Position numbers and translations under genes: made by a program. Below the pieces are notes generated by a model. The model was not told the origin of the DNA. It was given only the letters and a program-made list of their open reading frames with translations, and ran no database searches. Positions 37,791 to 50,230 of a DNA stretch of 64,000 nt are shown in pieces; position 1 is the first letter of the stretch, and the number at the start of each line of letters is the position of its first letter. The DNA is from Hydrolagus affinis (Eukaryota): positions 1-64,000 of the forward strand of contig JAAILG010001477.1 in the NCBI GenBank assembly GCA_012026655.1, written 5' to 3'.

Positions 37791-38372
37791 TAATAAAACC
37801 TAATAAATTCATCATCATAGCCTCATGAAGATAGGAAAGCTCGTATCAGACTTTTAGACTATATTGCCAGAAATCTCCAACCACTTTGATCAATTTCTCA
37901 TAAATAAGGTGTAAGAAAATTGTGGCCTAGAAACTGAAACTTTTTGCAACTTTTAATGATTACAGTGAGTACCCATTCCCATTACACCATCCACCTACCT
38001 CTGTGCCCACTATCCATCACCCTATCCTACACCCTCATTGGACCATCCTACCGTTAGCCCAGTCTGTGATTTCCAATCTAAATGTAAGGATTATTTATTA
38101 TTATGTGGCACACATCGAGTACAAAACTTCAGTTACAAAATAAAATGGAACCCAGTCCAGCTGACATTATACGTTTGAAAGTACTGTAGTGGGAATGTTT
38201 CTGGGAATATTAGGCCAATTGTCCCAGCTCATGAGCTATGTTAAGTTATTACAACACTAAGTTTGAACAGAATTGCATTGAGTTCTCTTGTGCGGAAAGT
38301 AATGGGGATGAGTCGTTCTTTTATTTACCAACACATTTACTCAAATTATCTTTTCTCTAAACCCTTTGACAG

Positions 38373-38470
38373 AATTGAATTTGCCACATTAGAAGAGAAA
38401 AACGGTCGACTTAAATCAAGCCAGAAAGTAACCAGTGCATCTTTTGATCAGACAATCCAAACATGGGACG
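38373..38470 (+). CDS. Novel CAP-Gly gene exon (98 nt, phase 2-1)
   Basis: ccctttgacag acceptor and ACG|gtaaat donor. (R)IEFATLEEKNGRLKSSQKVTSASFDQTIQTWD. Confidence 0.8.
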
Positions 38471-39297
38471 GTAAATTATTTTTCATTTAGACAAAACTAT
38501 TTCTGCCACATGAGGACAAATGTAAAAGCAAGTAGAAAACAGTTATATTGAATACATATATTTCAACCTTTATTTCAAATGTGAAAATGTACTTTTAAGC
38601 CTACTGTTTGCAGGGTGGAGACTGCTGAGAGGAATGGGGATCAGCGAGTCTGTTTTTTCCTGAATTCTGTACATCGCTTTGAATTGGGTGTAATGCACAA
38701 CATTCTTTTTGACATTCTATGCATGAATGCAATTTTACTGTTTAATAGGATCAATCAACAGTCTGTTCAATGGTCCAATAGCCTCTGAATAGAGAACAGC
38801 AAACCCAATGTTATTTATCCACATGGGTGAAAATCACATTTCTTCAAAACTACCCATTTCAATAGATGGAAGGAATAAATTGTGCTAGGATTAACTGTGT
38901 AATAAGTAACCTGCCACTCAACTGGACTTTGCGTCAAGCTCCAAATAAAAAATACATGAATTTCAGGACAGGCTGAAACAGTGAAGTTATCTGCTCTATT
39001 TGAAATTAGCTTGGAGTAGCTATATATTCTTTCCATCAAAGAAATGCAAAGTTATGTTGAATATTTGAACTACTGGCTTGGTGTGGTTAGGAATGAGCTT
39101 TCTTCAAATTAACCGCAGTGTACTTGACTCTGTTCAGTAAAATTCAGGATTTTCAAAAACCAAAGATCAGTGCACCAAACCTAGTTTCTGATCCCTTTAA
39201 CCCTTTTCGCAATCTGATACAAATTACTTTTTTTTGTAATTTACTAAAGTATTGTGCAAATTGGTCGGAATTCAGTCATCTAAAAAAATTCTATATT

Positions 39298-39470
39298 AAA
39301 TTGGTCATTTTCAATCCACGACTGTTTGTAGACACTGCTGTGCACAATTGGCTGCTGCGTTTCACCCACAAATACACAGTCAATTCACTTTACTGTATAT
39401 TCTGTGAAGCGCTATGATACTTCTAGAAGACGTGAAAAGTGCTATATCAAATGCAAGGATTATTATATTA
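39298..39470 (+). mobile_element. SINE 3' half
   Basis: aaattggtcattttcaatccacgactgtttg...gcaaggattat. Confidence 0.88.
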
Positions 39471-39512
39471 TTATTATTTATTATCTAATACATTTCCATT
39501 GCTGTCTCTTAG

Positions 39513-39647
39513 TCAAAGACAAGGAAAGAGCTGAAAACTGTGTCTCTCCTATTTCATTGGACAGTGACAACACAGAAGCTCTTATTGCATCATGCAACAA
39601 TGGGATCTTCAGTCAGTCTTCCCACTCAAAAATCAACAACTTTAAAG
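39513..39647 (+). CDS. Novel CAP-Gly gene exon (135 nt, phase 1-1)
   Basis: gtctcttag acceptor and AAG|gtaatt donor. (V)KDKERAENCVSPISLDSDNTEALIASCNNGIFSQSSHSKINNFK. Confidence 0.82.
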
Positions 39648-39990
39648 GTAATTGCTAGAGTGTGACTTTTCATGATAAATAATAGCTTGGTTGGTTCTGA
39701 CCTGTCATGCTCAAAACACTGGACTGACCATTTGATTTCTCCTCATTATTAACTAAATATCAGCCTGGGTTGATTGGTAGTAGGCTATAGGTTGTCCAAC
39801 TCCATGTCACTAGGCTGATAGTCTTGGGGAAGTGCTGGAATGTTAGAGGTGCAATATCACATTTTGGATGTGATATAAAGCAGAGGGCTCATCTGCTCAT
39901 CTGCCAATCATAGCTAAAAACAGAGGGAGAGTTATTTTTTAAGTGCTGGATTTAACATTTCCTTTTTATTCCTTTGAGATCATCTCCTAG

Positions 39991-40135
39991 ACCTGGATGG
40001 CTTGAGTGATGAGGATGTGCCCTCTTTAAGGGAGATCAATGGTGACTCCTTAAAACACTGTTCCAGGCCAACTCCCAGGAAATCTTCACAGGCAGTAATT
40101 TGGAAAACCTTTAACAGGAATAACCATCTCATGAG
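39991..40135 (+). CDS. Novel CAP-Gly gene exon (145 nt, phase 1-2)
   Basis: catctcctag acceptor. The GAG|gtttgt donor gives the phase 2 needed by the CAP-Gly exon. (D)LDGLSDEDVPSLREINGDSLKHCSRPTPRKSSQAVIWKTFNRNNHLM. Confidence 0.78.
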
Positions 40136-40191
40136 GTTTGTGAGCTACAGCTCTGAGCAATGGAATTCAACAATAAGTACAATAAGCAGTA

Positions 40192-40398
40192 CAGTAAAAG
40201 CCCATTTATCCGGCACCCTCGGAACCTGGCCAATGCCAGTTAAAGCGCCTGCTGGATATTTAGCCGAAAACACACAAAAAAAATTTCAATGCATTTTTCC
40301 GCATAAATTCCGGTTAATCGAATGCGGACTTTTTTTGGGGGATGCCAGTTAAACGGAAGTTGCGGTTGATCGGGTGCCGGATAAACAGACTTTTACTG
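40192..40398. mobile_element. Tigger/pogo MITE (short)
   Basis: TA|CAGTAAAAGCCCATTTATCCGGCACCC ... GGGTGCCGGATAAACAGACTTTTACTG|TA. Confidence 0.92.
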
Positions 40399-41216
40399 TA
40401 CTTCAGTTTGGTTGTGTTTCACGCTGGAGGGAGTACCAGGTTACAATCTCACCTCGAATGTGAGATAGGCTCTTAATTAATGCCGGTGTCATTTCAAATC
40501 AAGAACTTAAATGCTTGTTTTATCTAACCTCAAATATGGTTCTACACCATAGCTTTCTATTTTCAACCTGTTGATTGAGTGTTGGCTTGCAGGACACTGC
40601 CTTTAATTCACTTTACAGTATATTCTGTGCAGTGCTTTGAGACGTCTAGAAGATGTGAAAATCGCTATATCAAATGCAAGGATTATTATTATATTATTGT
40701 TAAAAGTTGAGTAAAGACAGTATCCTGTTAACCGGTATTCCAATGCCACAATCCAATGCTGTCAACAATAACAACAAATTATGTTTGCATAGGGTCTTTC
40801 ACATAGGGTGGACATCCAAAGGCGCTGGACAGTCAGGGATATTGACACGAGCTGGAGATTGGGATCAAAGAGGGTGGAGGGCAGCGAGGGTAAGGGTAGG
40901 AGGATGGTCTATATAAATTGCATGTATATAGATCCTTTCGTGCTGTCAGTCATTATGAACAAAGTTTATGAATGAGTTTACCAATGGGAAAGACCGAATT
41001 ACAAGTATTTAATCGTATGGGATGAAAATATCATCGGTCCTGCCCCAGAACTGTTGCTTTTCCTGGGTTTTCCATGTACCTGTGGGGACAGCACAGCATT
41101 CCAAGCACATTTAGTGAATGTGAAGTGGCTTGAGTGTTGCAGATATATCACATATTCTTAGAGCAGTTCACGTTTAACTGCAGTCGGCTATAAAAGATGT
41201 ATTCCTCTTTAAATAG

Positions 41217-41453
41217 GCCTGCGCTTTGTAAAGCAGTGCTGCCACGACGCCCATTCGCACCAAGGAGTGTTGCAGACCTGAAAATAGGGCATCTTGTGAA
41301 GTTTTCTCGGCCAGCAGGAAAAATCAGCAATGGAGCAGTTAAATATCTGGGTCCCCTACCGGGCCGACAACAGGCGTACATCGGTGTAGAACTGGAAGGC
41401 AATGAAAGGGGAAAGCACGATGGGATATTCGAAGGTGTTCGTTATTTCATTTG
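41217..41453 (+). CDS. Novel gene exon encoding most of a CAP-Gly domain (237 nt, phase 2-2)
   Basis: ctctttaaatag acceptor and TTG|gtaagt donor. ...DLKIGHLVKFSRPAGKISNGAVKYLGPLPGRQQAYIGVELEGNERGKHDGIFEGVRYFI fits the CAP-Gly signature G-x-V-x-Y-x-G...GVEL...GK[NH]DG...G-x-RYF. Confidence 0.95.
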
Positions 41454-42004
41454 GTAAGTTTGTACACGTTTGATTGTTGGTAGTAAAAGCTAATAAAATG
41501 TATGGATTTGTCACTTAAATGCGTCAGTTCAATTTTAGAAGACTCGGCGTCGAAGGGATATTGTGCAGCGCTCAATTGTGCATGACTACAACAAAATTAC
41601 ATTTATAGAGCGCCTTCTACGTCGGGAGCACGTCCCAATGCTCTGGCGGTTCATAACAGTTTCTCCTTTCCACTCTTCATGTTTCTACGCAAGCGATTTT
41701 GTCAACGATTAACAGAACAACATTTGTGGAAAGCCAATTTTCCTCAAGATTTTTTCAGTCTGCACAATTAGGAATACTAATTCAAAACCAGCTGAACACA
41801 GACACCAATGGAACAGACACATCTGCTGGAAGGTTTTACCTGGTCTGAAAGGATAGGGTGATCCTAACTTGCGTGATGGTTTGATAGATACAATAATCAC
41901 ACCATGGTGGAAATGTTAGTTGCTAAATTAAATAACATTAAATAAGCAAAGTGGGAAAAAATTAATTGGATACAAGGTCATGACTCATGTTATTTAAGTA
42001 GAAT

Positions 42005-42628
42005 GCAAAATACAGTACTGCAGATGGTGGAAATCAGAAAACAGAAGTCGCTGGGAACACTCAGAAGGTCAGGCAGCATTTATGGAGAAAGGAAAGTGAA
42101 TCAACGTTTCGGGTACATGACCCTTCGTTGGGAGGGAGAGGCTTTTAAGGACTAACAAAGAGGGTTGGGGGGAACAGAACCTCATCTATCTGCTAGGGAT
42201 CTTACAGCTCTGGCCTCAATAAACAATTTCAGACCATAACAGCTCACCTTCCCCCTCCCTCTCTTCTGTGACCATTACCACGTCATCCGGATCCCAGACA
42301 CACCTTTTCTCTCTCAGGTCTGCCTGTTCTGTTGCAACTCCCCCACTTTGTTTTTCATTATTAACACCACTTCTCCAGTTTTGTTGCAATCCTCCCTTTG
42401 TTTGGACCATCAGCACCTCTTTAACTCATCATCTCCTGCCCTCCACCCCATTTTGTCCTTTGTTTTCCTTGCCCTACCTCCCCACTCTCCATTAGTCTTT
42501 AAAAGTCTCCTCCTCCCAACATGCCCTAGTTGTGACAAAAGGTCATGGACCCAAAACATTGACACACTTTCCTTTCTCCATAGATGCTGCCTGACCTGTT
42601 GAGTGTTCCCAGTGACTTCTGTTGCTTT
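42005..42628. mobile_element. Penelope-like element with inverted termini
   Basis: aacagaagtcgctgggaacactcagaaggtcaggcagcat at the left end is mirrored by atgctgcctgacctgttgagtgttcccagtgacttctgtt at the right end. Degenerate hammerhead-like cores at about 42103 and 42530. Confidence 0.75.
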
Positions 42629-42719
42629 TATTTAAGTGATTGTAGACATCCATACATTTCTAATGAAAGCTAAATACTACAGCTTAAAACAATTGATCTG
42701 CTTTGCTCTTTTCTCACAG

Positions 42720-42777
42720 CAAATCAAACAAAGGAGTATTTGTAAACTTCAGTAAGGTTATCATGGCCTGGGAATAG
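42720..42777 (+). CDS. Novel CAP-Gly gene terminal exon
   Basis: ctttgctcttttctcacag acceptor, phase 2. (C)KSNKGVFVNFSKVIMAWE* completes the CAP-Gly C-x-x-x-x-G-x-F-V motif. AATAAA at about 43549, 43565 and 44685. Confidence 0.93.
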
Positions 42778-44699
42778 AAGTGTACGGACTGATGTGCAGT
42801 GCTCCAGACACTAATTGAAAAAAGGCTTCAATTTCAAGATGGTGATTTTGTGACAACCTTCTTCAACTCTGACATTCCAGAAACATTTTGTTTAGTCTCA
42901 TTTTCGAATTTAGGATTTTATAAACTGTTGCGAAAAATCTGTTTCTCAATAATTTTAGCTTTGGACCAACAGAAATATTTCTGCAGTTGTATAGTTCAAC
43001 AAATTTAATTATAGGCTCAGATCTGCAAACAATACGGTGATTTGGAATGCTACTTGTTGGCTGCAATTGAGCAATGTTTTGCAATCTGAGAAAGGTTTGA
43101 ATATTGTTCAAAAATTTGTGCAAAAGAATGACAGTATAAATTGAATTGCTGCTCTCTTTAATACTATTTACAAGAAATATGGTGACTTCAGTATTGGATC
43201 AGACTACACAGGAGCAATTTTGGAATGGAAAGATTTCAATAAGCTTCAAATCATTATGTTTAAACTTGGCTTCGTTGCCCCCCAACCCACTATTAAATTA
43301 ATCATGCCAGTGTAACAATAAAAGGAAGTAACAGAAAACCTTTATACATTACATATTAGCTGAGCCTTACCCAATTATTATTGTAATATTCAATGGACTT
43401 TATTCATACAAGTTCCTATTTATTAGATAGTTCAGTAAACAGCCTTGTAAATTTCTGCTGACATTGTCGTACAGTATTGTCATTTCAACCAAACAGCTTT
43501 TATACTGTAATTAAAGGATGTCAGTAATTTGCACACAAGCTGTTATGGAATAAAACCTCTGGCAAATAAAAGTTATTGCTTACCTAAATAAGGCTGTATA
43601 ATATTACTTGTGTTTAAATTCAATTTAATTTATTGATTTATTTATGGATATCAAAAGGGCAATTCAACGGGATTATACTTTTATTTAACACCAAGACCTT
43701 AGGTGAAGCAGCATACTTTAAATAGCACATAAACTGAGGAAATATTGAACAACAAAAGTTACCCTCTTCAACCTTTGATTTAATTTAATGACATGGGAAC
43801 TTTTTAGTCAACAGTTTAGGCTGAAAGTATTTCAATTTAACATTTCAGCTGAAGTAGCATTTCTTTTAACAGTTCAGTAATACAGTACTTTAGTTCAGCA
43901 TAGAAATGTTGAATCGAATAAGATTGATTTTCCCACCTGAACTCCATCTAGCCAAGGAATAGTAGACCTTCTCATTGGCCTTTCAAAATGTCGAAAATGT
44001 ATTGCAAATACAGTTTTTAAAAAAAATCATTATGAACAAATGCCGCATTAAAGAGTGGCTAATCCATTAGATTGTTTGTGTTTACAAATGGTACATACCA
44101 GTAATACTTAGAATTTGTTTGGAATTTATATTTTTAATTCTAGTTAGAATATATTTTTCAATTTCCTTTTGTAATTAGCATGTAGATATTTGTTCATAAT
44201 ATTAAATTTAATCTACCCCCTTTGTATAGTACAATGAGAAAATTAGATAAGAGTAAGCTACAAAATTCTGCTTTAGACAGAAGGAAGACATTTGATTTTT
44301 CTGTATTTAACTATTCTATGTCTTAAAGCAATCTTTGATGCTAGAATTCATTCAGCAGTACAGTAGCTGTCTAGTTCTGACCTGGGTACATTTTTAAAGA
44401 AGGTGTACCAGAAAAAACTAAGAACAATTGCTTCTCAACTGCAATGCTTACTTACTTTTTAATGGAATTTATTTCAAATCCTCAAAGGCAAGTTTTTTTT
44501 TTAACAGTGGACAAGCCTGATGGAGAAATGGATGGAGAAATAACACAGTGCATTATAAGACAAATTATTTTATAAACTATTCTTTGTGTTAACATTGCTG
44601 TTTTTTTTACCACTTGAATTTTAGTTCAGATTTTCATCTATAAGTGTATGTATATTGACGTATTTGTGGGAATTACTTTGCTGTAATAAATGTTTTTAA

Positions 44700-44861
44700 T
44701 AATAATTATCCTTGCATTTGATGTTGCGCCTTATCACGTCTTTGAAATGTCTCAAAGACATTCTCAGAATGTACTGTAAAGTGAATTGATGGTATATTTT
44801 GTGGGCAAAATGCAGCAGCCGACTGTACACAGCAGTGTCCCTCAAACAATTGTAGATTGAA
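44700..44861 (-). mobile_element. SINE 3' half
   Basis: attatccttgcatttgat...cagcagtgtccctcaaac. Another such fragment at 45581-45740. Confidence 0.85.
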
Positions 44862-46499
44862 GAGAAACAGTGGGCATATTTTATAAACTAACGCGTTTCT
44901 AATTCAAATATTAAGGAATATTTTCATGCCTCTGTCTGGGCAAATAGTCTCTAGTTGCAATTGCAGATTTTGAAAAGATCCTGATTGAATCAAATTTATT
45001 GTACAGTATTTAAGGAATTACCCATTAAATGATATGCTCTTTTCACATTTCACCTGGACATTTGCAGTGAAATAGAAAAAATAGCTTCCAAAGTACTCTA
45101 CTTTTGCGAGCATTCAATAGCACCATCTAGTGTATGTGAAACTTTTAGCACGATTTTGGTCAGCTAACCACCAACAACAAAGAAATTACATACATAGAGT
45201 GCCTTTCACGTCGGGAGGTCTAAACACGTGCCAACAGCAGCACAAAACATTTATTGCAGCAGCTGTACTCTCTTGTCCCAGCCTAAAGCTGTACAGAATT
45301 GACGCTGCTCTGCTGTAAAGAACCTTTGTTGGATACGAACTTCAAAGCTTTCCCTTGAAAATGCATAGATTTCCTTTGTAACACGATGAGAGTAAGATTA
45401 CCACCCAGCTGGTTTATAACCTGTTTAGCTATTTTTTTCTCTCCTCTCTCAATCCCTTCCAAAGATCATTCTGGATCCCAACTGCTCCATATAAATGTAT
45501 TTGCACAACCTCACTCGATTAATCATCAAAATCACTGCTCAGTTCAGAGGCAAAAGTAGTACCGATAGGGCCAGGGATACTAATCATAATCCTTGCCTTT
45601 GATATAGTGCCTCATCACATCATTGAGGTTTTCTAAAGGCAATATAAAGTGAATTGACTGTGTATGTTTATGGAGGGATAACATGGCAGCGAATTCCACA
45701 CAGCATTGTCCCACAAACGTTCATGGATTGAGTGATCAAGTAAGATAAGAGGAGAGAAACTGTATACAGGAGGTAAAGGAAGAGGGTTTGATTGTAATGA
45801 GCAAATTATATATGTGGGGGTGCACGTAACAGCACATCTCAACTGCAATTGCTGGGTTTGCATTTGCAAACCCAGGCAGTACCAGGCAGTACTTTTTTTT
45901 AACAATGAAGGCAATTGGCAGCTGGTATTGGTTACTCGGTTGAGTGGTAGAGGCTCAAACCGGAAAATGACAGAAAGGTTGTCCATTTATAAAGCAAATT
46001 AAGCAGCCAAGTGGATTGCTTCAGTGTCGATTTGGTGCCATGATTCCTATACTGTATTTCTAATCTGTATGTTTAGATTTGGGATTTCTGCGATTCCAAT
46101 TAGTATGTTTGAAACACTATGCAGAAAATTTCAATCACTCCCTTCTGGATCTAACCATTGTAATCAGACAGGTTACACATTTGCAATCAAACCATTTCAT
46201 ATAAAAAAAACTTTAAATCTATTTATTCCAAACACACTTTCCTTGAAGCCAAATATGGTGATATTGATACCTCGCCGGTTGCTTATAATATGCATGTCAA
46301 GCAATAGATAAACTCTTAACACTGAGGGATAATTATTAACAAAAACTAAAATAAAGGTTGTTGTTTTCCATTAATCCTTGGCAGGAAAGGAACAATTCTA
46401 GTTAGAAGAGAAAACATAACCATTATTAAGAAAACATGAAGATCAAATTATTTTGTTTTTCAGATTAGTCTTCTCTTTGGATCTAGAAACATAACTAGA

Positions 46500-47050
46500 A
46501 ATTCCTTCCCTATCTTACCAGTAGACAATCAATTCCCAGTAAGTTAAAATCTCCAATTACAATGGTTGGTCCCTCGCTAGTCGTCTTCCCTATCTCATCC
46601 AAATGTTCTAGATCTAGGCTGTCACCCTGGCCTGGGGGTCTATAGCAAATCCCCAATAATAGTTTGCCTCTGTTGCCATCTATCATCAACAACAACTTAA
46701 ATTTATATAGCGCCCTCAACACCGAACGGCATCTCAGAGTGCTTAAATTCTACCCAAAGTGATTCTGCGGCTGCTCTTTCCTTTTTCATATCCTCATTTA
46801 TATATACTGTATATATTTAATATACTACATATATATATATACTGCCACACCACATCATCTTCTCCAGATTTCGACCCTGCTAAAGTGAATCCTTCCGCAT
46901 TTGTGTCCAATTAAATGGAATCATTCCATCATGTCTCTGTGACTGCTAATGATGTCCAATCTGTCAGCCCTTGCAACAAACTTCCAGGTCGCACATCTTG
47001 TTAACCAGACGTCTTGCATTAATCCAAACTAGCTCCATTGTTAGGTGGCT
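46500..47050 (-). mobile_element. CR1 endonuclease region interrupted by an L2 tail (about 46686-46745)
   Basis: ORF 46510-46722 contains LLGICYRPPGQ...IVIGDFNLLGID. ORF 46964-47146 contains INARRLVNKMCDLE. Confidence 0.85.
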
Positions 47051-50000
47051 TTCCCCATGTACTGTACAGTACTTTATTTGTACAGTATTAGTTTCCTTAT
47101 CGCACACCAATGAAGTTAAATCTATTATACTTTGGTTTGTTTCCATTGCTGTGCTAATTACTAATGTTGTCTTACACCTCCAGCAATCAATCCTGTATCT
47201 TGTTTACCATTCTCTTACATACTATCTATCCTGTCTGCTAACACAACATCCCTTTTATTCAGGTGCAAACCATTCTGTGTAGATGCCCCCTATTCCCAAA
47301 GGTGCCTCACTGTTTGAGGAACCTAAAACCTAATTCCCTACACCAATGCCTTAGCCACACATTGGTTTTCTTTATTACCGTCTTTCGTGGAATGGAGAAT
47401 AGTTAAAAAAAATACTAAACTTGGTCTTTCCCTTATGCTTCCTTCTTAAAATCCTGAATTCATCATTTAGGACTTAGTCTACTTCTACATGTTATTTCTT
47501 CCCACATGGATGACCACGATTGGTTCCTCATCTGCTCCTTCGAGCACTTTTCAACCTGGACATCAGATCCTCAACTCGTGCACCCGGGTGGCAACTTACC
47601 ATTTAAATTTGTGCATCGTTTGGTTAAACATTTTTTTTTGAAGATAAACAATTAAATAAACAAAATATTAAAAATTAACACAAGAAAAAAGTTTTTTATA
47701 CAAAAATATTTTAACGCAAATAAATACTGGCAACTCTTTTGTTGTTTCCAAGCTTAAGTATGTCAAGGCACCTGGGCTCTACCTCCTCTATAGTCTATTT
47801 GTCAGGAATGCACATTGTGTAGGTAAAAGCCTTCCTTCAGTGTGGAAATTCACATTTTGCCGTAAGGTTAAAATGTCCATTACAAATTAAATGGCTATTA
47901 CAATTAAACACAATAGAGGTTAGCAAAATAAAACCAAATTTTTAATGAGCAAAATGAAACAGCAAGAAATTCCCCCAAAATAAAACCAAAAATAAGAATT
48001 TCATCAGGCTCTTATTTATATGGGTCTCGAATCCTTAATCTACTTTTAAATATTTTTGGTGTCAACATCTCTTAATATGATACATGTTCTGAAACTCTGG
48101 AAGTGTAACAGGGGAAAGGTTATCAGGCGATTCAAAATTACTAATTTTACTGTGATTTGCAGTCCCATAGCAATTTAAAGTTCATCAACTAACTCCTCAT
48201 ACGTTAAATTTATAAAGCTTACCTCACCTACATGTAGAATTACAGAAGTATTCAAATCTCCTTTATTAACATCTTTAATATAAGGATTAAGACACTGAGG
48301 AAAGGAAGTCTTCCAGAGAACATGACTTCAAGTTCCTAAACTCTCATGATAACCATTCATAACTTGAAAACCATCCAATGACTAATTGGAGAAAAGGGGA
48401 TCTAATTTGTGATATTCACAATCTGGATTAGATGCTTTATTTCAACCTCCTGGTTTGCAACTTCCAGTTTATGAATTCTGGAACTCATAAAAAAAATCTT
48501 TGCATTTGGTATAGCACTTTATCACGTCTTCAAGACCTCTCAAAGCCCTTCACAGAATAAACTGTAGTGAATCACCATTCGCAAGACAGATATGCAAGTA
48601 AAATATCTCCACTTCAGCCTCCTTGTTGCAATATTTGTAACACCTTCTGAAGATAAAGAAGCATTATATGACCATAAAAGCATTACATCAGTTTAAAGGT
48701 CTACATTCGATTAGAAAACATAAAGCAAATGATTTTATTTTTCATTTCTAACATAATACTGGTACTGGCACAATGCTCAAACTTACCAACCAGAAATGTA
48801 TACATGTGGGAAAAATCCATTCATGAGAGCATCTGTATCATATTTAAACTACACGTGGCATCCTTAACATACTGTATTTTCAAAACAAATCAGATCACAA
48901 TATCCCTTTTCCACCCTGTTCAAGATCCATTTCTTTTGGAGATTATCAAACTTTAGCTATCAAGTACTGGCAGAAATGCTAGCTGCTCCTGGCTGCAGTA
49001 TATTAGAAGATGTTTTAGCAAATTATTAAAGGATACTTTTAGCTATGCATTTGGAGGGAAAAGGACCAAACTGTTTTTTTTTAAAAAAACTACAATTTCT
49101 CCTTTTCCAAGGAGGTTCCAGGTTTTGCTGTATTAACGAGTCTCCTGCAGCAGTGATACATATACAAACTGAAAGTGCCAGGTTATGTTAACATTAGTTC
49201 TTTCTTGTTTTAAATCCCAATGATGGCTACAGAAAATCTTCCTTCAAATGTGAAGATATTTTAAAAATCAGATGAGTTATCATGGGTGGTTCTGCTCACA
49301 TACAATTATATGGCAGTCTCCATCTTCACTGTACTATTTTATTGAAACAAATTGCTCTGGGTTTTTATGCAATAGTCCGAGTGAACATCACACAATTTCC
49401 GTAATCATGCCTTCCTGTGGTTTCTCTACCCTAAAGTACAGCAAGTGGAAAACAACAAGCTGCAGTTTCTGCCAGTTTGCACTTTTGTTCAGCAAAGGCT
49501 GGTACTCCTCACCGTAGCACAAATGTTTTCATATCCATATCCCTGCATCCTCTCAGGGAAATTATAATCAAAGAATTAAAACAGGCTCAAAGGGACCCCT
49601 CCTTTTCCTGTTTCCTAAGAAAGGCTAATTTGGATGAATTTTAACTTCAAGTCTTGTGCTGAGGTTGCACAAGCTCATTTCCTGTAGGATTTCATTTTGT
49701 CAGTTTAGATATAGAACACAGGTTAAAGATAAAAGGTGCAACATATACAAGGACATAATTTTTACTGTTTTTAAAATAGTCTCATTATAAAGAACCATAA
49801 ATGATTCAATCTACTTTTACAAGTCAAATTACAATACCATCTTATAGTGAATTGCCAGGTATTTCAACATATCCTTTAATATACACATTCTTATCAGAGT
49901 ACGTTTTTCACCATTTACCCAAGGAAAAAAAATCAATGTTTTTTTCTTCACTTTGTGACTTTATTTGAAAAATATTGCAGCCACCAGAATGTTCATATAT

Positions 50001-50224
50001 GTACCATACATGCATTGCCCCCATTCCCTTTGCACAATTTTGCCTCCAGCTAAAACTTTAGACAAGATCATATATTACATAGTTATCTAAATTGTAGAGA
50101 GCAGAACCATACAAAGATAGGCGCTTCATTGTGTAGGAACACAAACATCCTATTCACTCACAAATTGTATTCTCATTCAGCTGCCCAGACCCAACAAATC
50201 TGTGATTTCACAAAGAACAAGTAC

Positions 50225-50230
50225 TTTATT
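50225..50230 (-). promoter_or_regulatory. Candidate TAB3 polyadenylation signal (AATAAA)
   Basis: tttatt on + with a GT-rich element downstream on the minus strand (ttgttctttgtg). About 1.3 kb after the TAB3 stop, in repeat-poor sequence. Confidence 0.5.

Noticed and set aside
40091-40100. Donor GCA|gtaatt at 40094
   Set aside because: It is phase 0 and incompatible with the phase-2 CAP-Gly exon acceptor. The donor at 40135 fits.
41197-42777. Calling the gene TBCE, TBCB, CLIP or KIF13
   Set aside because: No LRR, UBL, ankyrin, kinesin or second CAP-Gly domain is seen, and the domain order differs.
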